A stretch of 64,000 nt of DNA from contig CP145414.1 of the NCBI GenBank assembly GCA_036867785.1, positions 124,001 to 188,000 of the forward strand, given 5' to 3'. The notes beneath the pieces are model-generated. The model ran no database searches. It was not told the DNA's origin and saw only the letters and a program-made list of their open reading frames with translations. This stretch comes from Plasmodiophora brassicae. Its lineage: Eukaryota. Shown piece by piece: positions 47,201 to 60,017 of the stretch (position 1 is the first letter of the stretch; each line of letters opens with the position of its first letter). The position numbers and the translations under genes are program-made.

Positions 47201-49879
47201 ACCTCCTGCCAGACCTGCTCGCCGGGCCGCTTCACGAACGTGACCGGCACGATCGTGCCGTGCACGGCCTGCCTGCCGGGCACGTACGCCGGGGCGGGCG
47301 GCGCGGCGCAGTGCGCGCCGTGCCCGCCCGGCCAGTTCCAGGCGGGCGACGCACCCGCCCTGCAGTGCGTGGCGTGCGCGCCCGGGTCCATGGCGCCGGC
47401 ACCCGGCATGGCGCAGTGCACGCCGTGCCCGCCCGGCCAGTACAACAACGCGTCGGGCGCCACCGCCTGCCTCGACTGCGACCTGGGCCAGCAGCAGCCG
47501 AACCTGGGCGCCCTGGCCTGCCAGCCGTGCGCCCCGGGCACGGCCACGGCCGGGCGCCGGACGGCGTCGTGCGGCGAGTGCCCCGCCGGCACGTACAGCG
47601 CCGTGAACGGGTCGTTCCAGTGCGGGGCGTGCCCCGGCGGCACCTACGCGCCGTCGTTCGGCGCGTCGGCCTGCACGGCCTGCCCGGCCGGGTCGTTCAG
47701 CACGAACCGCGGCGACGACACGCTCCTGCTGACGCACTGCACGCAGTGCCCCAAGGGGCAGTACGGGCCGGCGCCCAACGCCACGTCGTGCCTGACGTGC
47801 GGGCCCGGCCGCTTCCAGGACAATGTCGGGCAGGGCGCCTGCCTGCCCTGCCCGGTCGGCAAGTACGTGCGCGAGTCGGGCCAGGCGGCCTGCGCCGACT
47901 GCCCGGCCGGCACCTACGCCAACGGGACGGGGGCGGCCGAGTGCCGCCCCTGCCCGCCGGGCACGTTCAGCGGCCCGACCGGGTCGTCGGCCTGCCTGCC
48001 GTGCGCGGCGGGCAAGTTCTCCACGGGCCACGTCCAGGAGTGCACGACGTGCGGCGGGTCGCAGGCGGCGCCGCACGCCGGCCAGTCGTCGTGCGCCGAG
48101 TGCGACCGGCGGTCGACGGCGAACAAGTTCCACAGCGTGTGCCTGTGCCAGGCGGGCCTGTACAGCGACGAGCGCGACGACATCGGGTCGCAGTGCCAGC
48201 CCTGCATGCGGGGCGCCGTCTGCCCGGTCGGCACGACGATCAGCAGCATGCAGGCGGCGCCGGGTTACTGGAAGCCGACGAACGTGTCGACCATGTTCTA
48301 CCAGTGCCTGCTGCAGAAGAACTGCCTGGGCGGCGTCGACGCGGCCTGCGAGGCGCACCATCGCGGCCCGCTCTGCGCCATCTGCGACGCCGGCTTCTAC
48401 ATGACCGCCCGGGGCGACTGCTCGCAGTGCCCGTCGCGCGCCGCCAGCTGGGCCTACTTCATCCTGATTGGCGCCCTGTTCGCCGCCCTGCTCTGGGCCC
48501 AGTTCTACATCGTGCTGCGCGCCGGCGCCGTCAAGATCCGCCACGTCAAGGCGCAGGACGCCGCCGACGAGAACGAGCGCTTCTGGAGCGACGTCATCGG
48601 CGTCGGCCTGACGCAGCAGGCGTCGCGGCAGAGCGTGCACGCCAGCGAGCTGGCGCGCATGCGGTCGGCGCAGGCCGAGGCGGCCGCCGTGCACGGCCAG
48701 CCGACGCCCAAGCCGAACTTCTCGTACAAGCTCAAGATCATGCTCGGGTTCGTCCAGATCATGACGTCGCTGGTCGGCATCATACAGACGCCGCTGCCGG
48801 GCACGTTCGAGGACTTTGTCTCGCTGTTCGCCGTCATCAACCTGGACCTGTTCGCCTCGGCCGGCACGCAGTGCGTCGTCCCGTCCGACTTCTACGACAA
48901 GTTCCTGTTCGAGGCGCTGACGCCCATCTGCCTGCTCGTCCTCGTCATCGTCCTGTACCTGATCCCGAAGAACGTCCTGAGCCGGGAGACGGACGCGCGC
49001 GCCCGGAAGCGCTCGCGGAAGAAGTTCTGGCGCATGCTCATCTTCTCGCTGTTCCTCATCTACCCGTCCGTGTCGTCGACGATCCTGCGCCTGTACGTCT
49101 GCACCGAGGTCGAGGGCGTCCACTACCTGCGCGCCGACATGAGCATCACCTGCTACACGACGCAGCACAACGCGTACATGGCCCTGGGCGCCTTCTTCAT
49201 CGCCCTGTACCCGGTCGGCATCCCCGTCTTCTTCTTCGTCATGCTCTACCGGTACCGGCACCGCCTGCAGGAGGACGGCGTCAAGGCCGAGCTCGGCTTC
49301 CTGTACGACGGCTACGACCACACGTTCTGGTGGTTCGAGGTGCTCGACATGGTCCACAAGCTGACCATGACGGGCCTGCTGGCGTTCGTGCCGCCCACCC
49401 AGCAGCTGGGCGTCGCCGTCTGCATCGCCGTGTCGTACGCGGCCGTCATCCTCGTCATACGCCCGTACATTCGCAAGGCGGACGACCGCCTGCACCTGTT
49501 CGCCCAGGTCGAGATTTTTGTCGCCTGCGTCGCCGGCTACATGTTCGGGTCGCAGATCGCCATGGACAAGGCGACCGACGTCGGCCTGTCCGTCCTGCTG
49601 ATCGTGATCTTCGCGGCGTTCACGGCGCTGTTCGCCGTGCAGGCCGCCCGCGTCATCTACAAGATGGTCCGCCTGCGCCGGGAGCGCCGCCTGCGCAAGG
49701 CGCACCTGGCCCAGAGCAAGGACGCCGACCTGGGCCAGATGAGCGACCCGAGCACGGACCCGCCGACGTTCCTCTTCTCGCAGCGCTCCTACGGCAGCCT
49801 GATGCAGGCGGACCCGGCCACCGTCCCGCTGTCGTCGTCGGGCAAATCGGCCGTCACCGGGCCGCTCCCCGTCAAGTAG
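38252..49879 (+). CDS. Giant surface protein, 3807 aa: SP, somatomedin-B-like, many IPT/TIG, many CxxCxxGxY repeats, ~7 TM; introns 45052-45116, 45466-45538, 45711-45776
   Basis: Three GT-AG introns join ORF 38252+ to ORF ..49879 in frame (11424 nt). SMB CTCGAYCQVFGDCC; IPT PTVxxVSPxxGPTxGGT...GTNFG; TM module LKIMLGFVQI...GFLYDGYDHTFWWFEVLDM. Confidence 0.9.
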
Positions 49880-50129
49880 CGGAGGTGTGCCGGGTGCCAC
49901 CCCCCTGCTGTCGCCGATGCTGTACGCCGCCGACCTTAGGCTTCGTGTATATAAACCGCCAGACGCGATCTGCTGCTGACGCCCCCCGCCCATGTGAAAC
50001 GCGCCGAATCGGCCTGGCTGGAATACACTGTGGTGGTACACGGGATACGATCGGATCACTGGTCCCGCTCGCTGTAGGGAATCAACCGTATCGGTGCGCA
50101 CCGCCGCTGATCGCGTCTGTGGTGGACCG

Positions 50130-53100
50130 ATGCTGTCGCGGTTCAAGTCGCTGGCCACGGTTGTCGTCCGGCCAACGCCGACCGTCGATGGCCTGCCGGC
50201 GGCGAATGGCCTACTGACGACGTCGCAGAAGGCGATCGCCGTCGACAACACGATCGATTCGCTGTTCGCTGAGCAGTGCGCGCCGATCGAGCGGCCGGGC
50301 GCGCCCGTCACCGAGGACCAGATCGGGTCGGTCGTCGTCCTGCGGCGCCTGCTGGGCGCCTGCCGGCGCGTGTCGCAGAGCGTCGGCAGCGACCTGGACA
50401 GCATTCGGCGCACGCTGACGCTCGAGTGCGTCGCCCTGCTCAACTGTCAGCACTGCCGCGTGTTCGTCCGGGCGGAGAGCGGCGCCGTCGCCGACGACGT
50501 GCGCGCCGGCGCCCACGAGGGCATCGTCGGGCACGTCCTGAACACCGGGCAGACCATGCAGTTCAGCAAGGGCGAGATCGAGCGGAACGGCATGTACGTC
50601 AGCGGCGTGGATTCGTGCCCGGACCAGCGCAACCCGAAGTCGGCGCTGTACGTGCCGCTCTGCTGCACGTTGCGCGGCAAGCTCGTCGTCGTCGGCGTGA
50701 TCCAGGCGCAGAACAAGGCGGAGGCGAACGGGTTCACGGGCGATGACGTCGTCGCGATCAGCGTGCTGGCGGACACGTGCGCCGAGATGATCCAGTCGGG
50801 GCGGCAGTTGAACACGACGACGCAGCTGATGATGACGGGCATGGAGGCGCACGCGCGCAGCGAGGCCATGCTGCAGGTGGCGCGCGCCCTGAGCAACGAG
50901 ACGACGATCACGGGCATCGTGTCGCTGATCACGCACAAGGTCCAGCAGCTGCTGGCCGTCGAACGTTGCACGCTGTTCCTCGTCGATCCGATGGCCGCCC
51001 ACGACCTGGTCATCTGGAAGGTGCGTGCGTGCGTGCGGTGTGCGTGCGCCCTGCTGACCGGGGGGCGCCGACGCCGTTGATCTGCAGGAGGGAAGCACCG
51101 GCATTCAGCTGTCGTTCGCCGACTGGGTCCGCGGGGTGACCCCCGCCCCGGACCTGCCGTTCACGAGCAACTCGCGGGAGATCCGCATGCCCATGGAGAA
51201 GGCCGGCATCGCCGGGCACGTCGTGCGCACCGGCGAGAAGCTGTGCATCCGGGACCTGTACGCGGACGCGCGATTCAACCCGGAATGGGACAGGCAGACC
51301 GGGTTCACCAGCAGGAACATGCTTTGCATGCCTCTGCGCACGTTCAAGGGCGAGATCGTGGGCGTCATCGAGGCCATCAACAAGGATGCCCGCAAGGAGT
51401 CGTTCAACGAGGGCGACGAGGATCTCCTGGAGACGTTCGCGGCGCACGCCGCCATCGCCATCGGTAACTACCGCCTGCTGGACGGCATGAAGCGCAACCT
51501 GGCGCAGTCGGATGCGATTCTCGAGGTGACTAACGCGCTCAGCAAGGAGCTCAAGCTGGGCAGCCTCGTCGAGATCATCGTCCGCAAGGTGCAGAACCTG
51601 CTCAACGTCGAGCGATGCACTGTCTTCATCTGCGACCGCGCCAAGGACGACCTGTTCACAACGTCGTCCATGTCGTTCGGCGACGGTCTGGCGTTGCCGA
51701 TCCCGAACGACACCGAGGACATCATCCGGATCCCGATGTCGGCCGGCATCGCAGGGCACGTGGCGACGACCGGCGAGACGCTCGTTATACCGGACGCGTA
51801 CGCAGACAAGCGGTTCAACAACAAGATGGACCTGGAGACGGGATTCCGCACGCGGAACATCCTCTGCATGGCGATCCAGGACCACAAGAGCGAGATCGTC
51901 GGCGTCATACAGGTCATCAACAAACGCCAGGGGCAGTCGTTCCTACCGGACGACATCAAGCAGTTGCAGGCGTTCACGGCGCAGGCCGCCGTCGCCATCA
52001 GCAACTGCCGGCTGTTCCAGGAGACGGAACGGGCCCTGAACCATGCGCTGCGACAGGTACGACCCCGCCATCGCCGGCGACGCGTCCCCCAAAGGGTGCT
52101 GCTGCTAACGTGACGGCCGTGTCGCGCTGGGTGCAGGTACGCAACCTGAAGTTCATGCTGTCGGTGACGAAGAACCTGTCGTCCGAGTTGCAAACGTCGA
52201 ACCTCATGACGCAGATGCAGACGCAGCTGAATGACCTGCTCAAGGCGGACCATTGCTTCTTCTTCGTCGTGGAGACCGACAAGGCCCTGTTCTACCGGTT
52301 GGACAATGGCGCCGAATCCGAGCGGTACACGTTGGACAGGGGCATAGCCGGCCATGTCGCACGCACGGGCAAACCCGCCAAGATCCAGTCACGGGCGCAC
52401 GAGGACGACCGATTCGATTGCGAGGTGCGGCGTCGCTGATGGCTTTGTGGTTGGCGCGCGATATATAATATGCTGACCGCGCTGGCCAGGTCGATTCGAA
52501 CGGGCGCACCTGTGAATCCATGCTGTGCATGCCAATCATGGCACAGGGCGAGTCGAACCAGACGCAGGTGATCGGCCTGATCTCGGTGCAGGACGAGACG
52601 GACCGGGGCGGGTTCGGCAAGGAGGAGGAGACCCTGTTGAAAGTGTTCTGCGCGCAGGCATCCGTCGCCCTGGTGAACTCGAAAAAGTTCATGCGCGTCA
52701 TCGAGGACGCGTCGTCGAAGCAGGAGGACTTCTCCGCCAACGAATACCTGACCCAGGACCGGGGCATGCAACTGGGCAGCCACGAAATCGACAGGTTCGC
52801 CTACACGGTCGACGAGATCCATCTGAACCGATGCATCGGTAAGGGGTCGTACGGCGAGGTCTGGTTGGCCCGGGCGCGCAACGAGGTCGTCGCCGTCAAG
52901 AAGATCTTCACGCGCAACCTGAAGGGCGAACAGATTGACGCATTCTGCAGCGAGGCCTCTCTGATGTGCCAGCTGAAGCACCCGAACGTCATCGAGTTCA
53001 AGGGGGCCATCACGCAGCCGCCTGACCTGTGCATTGTCACCGAATACTGCTCCCGGGGTTCACTTGCCGATCTCCTTATGGATCGATCGTATACCATGAC

Positions 53101-53626
53101 GAACCGCACCGAATGGCAGTTCATTCGCGACATCGCCCAGGGCATGCATTACTTGCACACGTCGAACCCTGTGATCCTGCACAGGGACCTGAAGACCGAT
53201 AACCTCCTGGTCGACCGCAACTGGGTCGTCAAGGTCGCCGACTTTGGCCTGACGCGGTTCCTGGACGAGAAGAAACAGATGACGCAGGTCGGGACGCCAA
53301 TCTGGATGTCGCCCGAGGTCTGCATGGGCGACAAGTACACGGAGAAGGCCGACGTGTACGCGTTCGGCATCATCATGTGGGAGATCATGACCCGGCAGGA
53401 ACCGTATCACGACAAGGAGACCATGCAGATCGTTTTGGAGGTCGTCAACAACGGCCTGCGCCCGTACGTCAGCGACCGGCTCAAAGCGCGCCCGCTGTAC
53501 TCGCTCATGACCGACTGCTGGCACCAGCAACCCGAACGTCGACCCAATTTCAAGGCTATCCTCGAACGCCTAGACAGCCCCGATATCGTGGCCGCCATGG
53601 CCAACGACATACCCGTCCAGTACTGA
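50130..53626 (+). CDS. Four GAF domains + TKL (Raf-like) protein kinase, 1094 aa; introns 51021-51087, 52057-52136, 52425-52489
   Basis: GAF repeats GIAGHV...LCMP...IVGVI...INK...F...D. Kinase IGKGSYGEV, VAVK, HRDLKTDN, DFG and GTPIWMSPE. Spliced length is 3285 nt. Confidence 0.92.
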
Positions 53627-54849
53627 CCCTTGTCGAAAATTATTCATACCATCTATTATTTATAAGGTGTGCACATATTCTGGCGCCTGTGGCATATTAT
53701 ATGGGGTATGGCCGTATGGGCTATGGCGGAAGGAGAGCAGGGAAGGTCTCACAAAAATGAGCTCAATCGCGTCACAAAACTGCGCCGGTGACCTCCGCGC
53801 TGAAATTGCTGAACCGCATCCAGTGCACTCGATTTGTTTACTCAACCCTGGCGCCATGCGCACCCGTTCAAAGGCTGTGAGCCAGACACCGACGCTTCTT
53901 AAGATCAGTGTGCGCGAACTGGTCTCCCCATCGTCTAACGAAATTCGCCATCATCATCGTTACAATTTCGCCTCAATTACTTCAGGACGGGGTCGCGTCA
54001 GGACGTTATATTAGAACGTTCTTATGGACGACATGAACGAATTCTTCGCGTTTCCTGAATACTGGATCTCAATGTGTCGAATCGCAACTTCGCGCGCGTA
54101 TCCAGATTCGACATGCCCCGATCAGCGACGTCGAAATCACCTGCTTCACGACGGCGTTTCTCTGAACTGTGACGACAGAGCAAGATGTGTCAACCACACG
54201 GATTGACCGACTGAGGTCGGTCCGCGCCGTGGACGTTTATTGTACCTAGTGCGCTACGAAGGAGCCCAATTTGGTGCCGGCTGAGTCGCCAACACGACTC
54301 AGTTGTGACATAATAGTGCCCTTTTAGCCGCACCTGGAACGGGCTGCGGGCTTGTCTGGGTGGAAGCATTTGGTGAGGCCTAGCAAGAACTGCTTCATCA
54401 TTAGGCGACAGTCTGTACTCCAGTCGACGAGTCAGGGCGTCAGGTGTCCAATGAACGAAATCAACTTCGCTAAGGAATTGGAGTGAACGAATCTGTCGTC
54501 GATGTAGCTTGTGGGCAAACGCACGTGCGGCGGCGTCCAGGAACATGAGATCGGGGTTGAGAAACGCGATCGAGGTTGATGAGGCCTGGTCATCCTCTAG
54601 CGTAGCAAAAGGTGCAAAGTGTAGTCCCGTGTCTGCAGACCCTTGACGGCACGTAATGACACAGAAACAGAATGACGTTTATCGATCGCATCGTCATGAC
54701 GACGTCAGCCTCGCCACGTCATCGTGCTAAATCGGGGCAGGCAGAGTGTCTAAATATAGTCCAGGCCCGTCAGGTGGCAGCACGTTGATGTAGGGAACGA
54801 GACGCTATAAATAGAGCCCCGCTCTACACTGCCTTTCTCCAAACTCGTG

Positions 54850-55544
54850 ACCGGAATCATCGTGAGCACGTAGTACGTAGATGGTGAAGTTGACAGAAGG
54901 TAGTGTGAGACTCGGAATCACCCAATACTCACTAAAAACCACCTTGTAACCCCATGGGAAAAATCGGTGGAAAATCCATTTACGGACACCCTTGCCACCA
55001 AACACCATCGGTGTAGCGAAGACATCAGCGATGGTGCGCTCGACCCACATAGGTGGAGCCCGGTCCATATACATCTGAAAAGTATCATTCACCTAACTCA
55101 GCGGCCGACCCACATAGGTGGACCCCCAGCGCAACAGAGTCTCGATAGCCATTACGCCCTGACCAGAGTCAACTGCGGTGAAGAGGAACTTAACAGACGC
55201 TGCCGACTGCCTCGTGATCGTATCGTATCAATGAGGTCACCGTCATGACCCATCGAGGAACGTATTGGCCTCTCATAGGAGTGCCATAAACCATAGTTGC
55301 ATGACGTCCATGACAACCAGGCTAACTGATCCCATGACGTCCATGAAAATCAGTGAAGCGGGTCCCAAAGTTTTGAGTACCCGGTCCTCAACTATAGAAG
55401 ACCATGATCCAGATCATCTTCGTAACGTTCACCATGAACCGATACGGTGGCGTCGTCCGTGATTAGGTCCCGACGCAACGTAGGAAGCGTATACGATTGT
55501 TGATTCCTACGAACCCAACAACCGTAAATCATGGATACCTTGCA
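54850..55544 (-). mobile_element. Putative 3' LTR of the gypsy element (distal boundary uncertain)
   Basis: Right after the pol stop, the minus strand has a purine-rich AGGTATGGG then TG. Internal short direct repeats: gacccacataggtgga x2 and catgacgtccatga x2. Confidence 0.4.
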
Positions 55545-55953
55545 CCCATACCTAATGTTTTGTTCGTCGCTTCCGTTGCGCTTGTCGCTTTCCCGTATTC
55601 GTACGCTTTTGCCTCGGCGCCGTTTCTCGTAACGCCTCCACTTGCGGATGACCATCTCCGAGACGTCGTATAAGCTTCTGGACTAGTTCGGTAACATCTT
55701 CGTAGATTACACGAGCAGGTTCCCACGTTGCTTCCGCCTCGCCGAATCCAGACCATAGAACCTTGATCTGAAGTTCCTGCGTTTCTCGATCCACTCGACA
55801 GTCCAGTAGATCGTCCACCAACAGCTGGTTATCAGCGTGCTGGAGATGACGCTTGAGATCGACGGTCATGTTCAGATCGGCGTCAGCGTATCGTCGAATT
55901 CGTTGTGAGTGTGCGTTGAAGTGTCGTTCAGTGAGCGGGTCTTCCAGCTCGTA

Positions 55954-56207
55954 TTCCTCGTTTTCATCCAAAATGCAAAATCTGCTACGGTTCTCGCGCA
56001 GTCCGTTTGATCCGCGCCAGCCTCAGTGATCCGGTGGACTGCCGATCGCGACAAGCGTCAAGCGAGACGGCAGCGCGTTGATGTACGAGATGCCAAATAT
56101 AGAGCCCCGCTCTACCCCGGGCGGAGCTATCGGCTACGGTTCGCTCGAACTGAAGCGCTGCGCTATTGTTTCCATCGCGCATTTTGCATTTCGAACAATA
56201 GCGGCAA
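55954..56207. mobile_element. 254-bp MITE-like insertion with TA target duplication
   Basis: TA at 55952-53 and 56208-09. Imperfect terminal IRs share aaatgcaaaat. Excision restores NDQVY|ELEDPL. Confidence 0.7.
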
Positions 56208-56527
56208 TACACTTGATCGTTGATCATCTTGACGACTCGATATGGGCCTCGCCACTGGGCTATCAACTTCTGAGCAGGACCCGGTACCGGCTTTGCGTTG
56301 AGAACGTAGTCGCCAACGATGAACGATTCGTAGTGGCTCTTGTTCAGGAGTCGTCGCTGTTGTCGCACATTAGACGCATGCCGTTGTGCCTTTGCTTCAT
56401 CAACGGCCTTGTGAATCTCGTCGAGGACCTCTTGTAACGTCGGCACATACTTGGCAAATCCTTCAGGTGGTATGCGTCGCCATTGTCTCTCCTTCGGATC
56501 CCAGATCTGGTCGAGCGGGCTTTCTGG

Positions 56528-59500
56528 CACTGGCCGGGTTTTGGATGCAGGACGGTTGCAAAAAACACACCAACAGTCCGTTCGGAGTCCTGCATCCAAA
56601 TTGCATATTTCTTGCACCCGTTCTGCACCTGAGTTGCACCCCATTCTGCATCGTGATTGCATCTAATCCTACATCCTGTGTACATCCGTCCTGCATCTAT
56701 TGCTGCACATCATGTGCATCCTCATATACATCTTTTCTGCATCTAAACCAGCATCTGATCCTGCATCCAACCAGCATCCTTTAATTTGGGTAACTCTATC
56801 GTAATCCGTAATTGCTATTGAATTTCAATCGTAATTGTATTCATACTGGTCAGAACTCTTGCGCGCCCGAATCGTAGCCATCGTCGAACGTGGCCATCAG
56901 ACGGCTTATGACCTCGTCCGTCATCAGCCCAGGGTGATCGTCAGGGATGTCTTTGAAATGGTCCCACATTTTCGGCCCGGCAGGACCAACGACGGTCTGA
57001 TCGAGCCTTGCATGCGTCGTGTCAGGCCTCGCTTCCTTTTCTCATTTTCTAGCATGTCTGAACCCCTAACAAACATTAATTTCAGTAAATTAGGAATATT
57101 CAGCACGCAGTGATCGGCGCCATACAGTTGTAGGTCGATTCAATAGGCCAGCAAACGGCACCCCATCGGATACTAAGTATTCGCATACCCGTTGGTTGAT
57201 GCGCTTCACGTTCTTGTGTCTCGAACCGTCGAGGTATTTGCGGTCGGTGGCGTAATGTCTGGCATGTGTAAGTACTGGTAGTCTGCAGAAAGATGGACGG
57301 GCTTACTCATCAAACAGCGCCTTAATATGAGCGACCAGTGCCTTCCGTTGTTGGCACTGGTCAGTGCTCAGATACGGCACCAAACGATTTGGGACGACGA
57401 TGACTTTCTGGCGCACGAAGGGACGACGTGGATCTCTGGGACACGGATCGGTCAGCAACGTTTGGCGTTCTCAAACATGCAGTGCACACACACTCTGTGA
57501 CGGTTTCGCCTTCCCCTTCGTCGTCTACGTCCCCGCCATGACATTCGTCATCGTCTCTGCTGTCTTGTCCATCTTCGTTATCGGCGTTGTCCACGTCGTC
57601 ATCATCGTCGCTGTTGCTGCTGTCGTCGTCGCTGTCGTCGTCGCTGCCGCTGCCGTCGTCGTCGCCGGAGAGCCACGATCTCTTACGACCCCGCGAGGGT
57701 CGCGACGCGCAGCGCGGGGCGGGCTTCCGCTTGGCCGGAACACGTTCCTCGGCTTGATGATCGCCCGCCCCCTTCTCTGCTGATGCCGTCATCACGTCCG
57801 CAGCCACCGCGTCCTCGTATCATCGTCACCTTCCCCTGTCGGGTCGACACCATTGTTTGAAATGACCGCGGAGCTCCAGTTCGGCCCCTTCCGAACCAAT
57901 GGCGTCCACTTCGGGCGGTGCCCGATCCGTAATCGGACCCCCTATTCTAGAATTCATTGCGACTGTCGTGATACCTTAGGAGAATATATCGACCCAACTA
58001 CCGTTGGGTACTTCTTTGAACCACTCAGATTTCTGTTCAAATCAGGAAGGCGATGATGATACGAAAGAACGTGTCGGGCGTGACCGTGATGACGGCGTCA
58101 ACAGAGAAGAACCGTGCGGTTAGGCGGCACATTATACGGACATGTCTCAGGTCAGCACCTATGGCGATGAAGCGAACCTGCCATCGCGATCTCGCCATTC
58201 CAGTTCGCAACGTCAGAGTTCGGCAGTGGTGACCTGGCATGACCCGCCTCTGCCGCTCACAGCACTGGCCTCGGAAGGGAAATGCCCGTTTAGCGACCGC
58301 ACCAGCCACCACTCCGCCGGCATCCGCAAGTTAGCGTCGCCGCTCGCGATCGGTCGCGAGGCCTTCTGCGTATTCAGCCTGGGCTGGCTCGCATACGTGC
58401 CCTAATGGTTGAGCGTGAACAGGAACGTCCTGTCAATTAGCTGCTGCTGTTTCGCAAGAAACGGGCGCGACCACTTCCTCCTTTGGTCTGTGCGGTGTGC
58501 GCCCGCATCCTCGATTGAGACGTCCTGCTACCGAATCTCCTCCGCGGCCTCTCGCTCCCGCCAACGCCCCATCATTGGGCAGTGAGAAATTGACCAGTTT
58601 GGACGCGAATACGGGTTCCATGGTCATTTGTACCCGTAGAGTCCGCCCTTTCAAGGAGACGTCGATGGTTCTCTCCCACGACGACCGGTGCCATTTGAGT
58701 CACCACCTTCGTATCGACGATTGGCGACATTATCAGCAATCGTCGTTTCTGCAATACTATCGACAGACCTGTGGCCTGTTCGTCAAGCAACATGGTGGTG
58801 TTATTGCCGATTTGCGGGAATGCGAACGCCCTTCAGTCGTTTGACACGTTCTGCGAGAACATGTGTGGTATAGACGTCCTCTTCTTCCGTCCTCTTGCGA
58901 GGTGTTCGACGAAGCATCATTCGGTACGTCAATGCTGCTGAAAGTCTAATCATTTTGCATCTTACTGAAACCTGAATGCGACAGGAAACGTCGTTTGGAG
59001 GGCGAACGTCCTGCAGGATGAGAACGCGGAGCCGTCCACCACGAACCATTTGGTGTCCGCAGTCGCTGACGGGTTGCAGTACTTTGGTGCTATCCCCAGG
59101 GTGGCACGAGTCTGCTTCTCTTGTCCGGAGCCAGAGGCAGATGGCTCACCATTCGTGCTGGACCTGTTCTACTGTAACATGTTGGTGTTATGTCATGACT
59201 GCGTTTCCACCAGTTGCTCTAACTTCTCCAGGTGGTGGCTGATTGAGCATGTTGACCAGGAAACAGCGGGCGTTTGCCTCCCTGGATACATTGGTCCGAC
59301 GAATACCTGTGCATTCAGTCCATGGTTTCCCATAGAACAGGCCGTTCCCAATAATGTTGTTCTCGTGTCCAGCACGGTCGCCCGCGAGAACCGAGTTGGA
59401 AGCACGAACAAGCGATACCGCACCAACGTCCCGATCGAGTTCGTTTGCGTATTGAACCGTTCCAACATGATTCCAGACTCGCCAATTTCGAATGTTTGAG

Positions 59501-60017
59501 TAAACAACAAGGCCGCCTTGTTGTCACACGGCACATGCGTTTAATGAGAAATGTGATATTTAGTTCGTACCCAACCTCGATTCGCATTGCCATGCGTCGA
59601 GACTAAGCACAACGAATACGGCAGGCGACGTAAATCATTCACCAGTTGATATCCAGAATCACGATTGAATCGTTGTTCGCGTTCCAATTTCGAGATGCAA
59701 AACGGTTGCAGGAAAATCGGCTTCTCTTCAGATTCGAAATTCAACAGGTTTCTTACATCTAACCTGCATCGCCAGGAAGATGCACATTGGTTGCAGACGG
59801 TTAGCCCTTGTAGACCGGACCGCCAACTAGGCCACGAGAGCAGCTGCTCTCGTGGCCTAGTTGGCGGTCCGGTCTACACCCTGCATTCAACCTGCATCCC
59901 AGTCCGAGAGGGTCCGTGGCAGATTATGGGTCTGCATCGTTCCTGCATCTCACCGGATGCAAGAGAGATGCAAGGTTGGCTCCCTGCAACCGTCCAGCAT
60001 CCAAAACCCGGCCAGTG
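56528..60017. mobile_element. CACTA/EnSpm (CMC)-type DNA transposon, CACTG ends, 3490 bp, no recognisable transposase
   Basis: 33-bp TIR cactggccgggttttggatgc(a/t)ggacggttgca with 1 mismatch; TGG TSD at 56525-27 and 60018-20; subterminal TGCATC-type repeats at both ends. Confidence 0.88.
59809..59878. mobile_element. Perfect 70-bp spacerless palindrome, TG...CA ends, CCCT 4-bp flanking duplication
   Basis: tgtagaccggaccgccaactaggccacgagagcag is followed by its exact reverse complement; ccct at 59805-08 and 59879-82. Confidence 0.85.

Noticed and set aside
37994-50443. Very long alternative-frame and antisense ORFs (e.g. 38452+, 43576+, 45272-, 37994-)
   Set aside because: Arg/Gly/Ala-rich shadows of the GC3-biased giant CDS; no independent motifs.
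53700-54770. Short ORFs after the kinase (e.g. 54190-54546)
   Set aside because: Lower GC, fragmented and unassignable; probably decayed repeat.
54789-54800. TGTAGGG as the distal LTR boundary
   Set aside because: Homology to the 254-bp insert runs across this point, so it is unlikely to be an LTR end.
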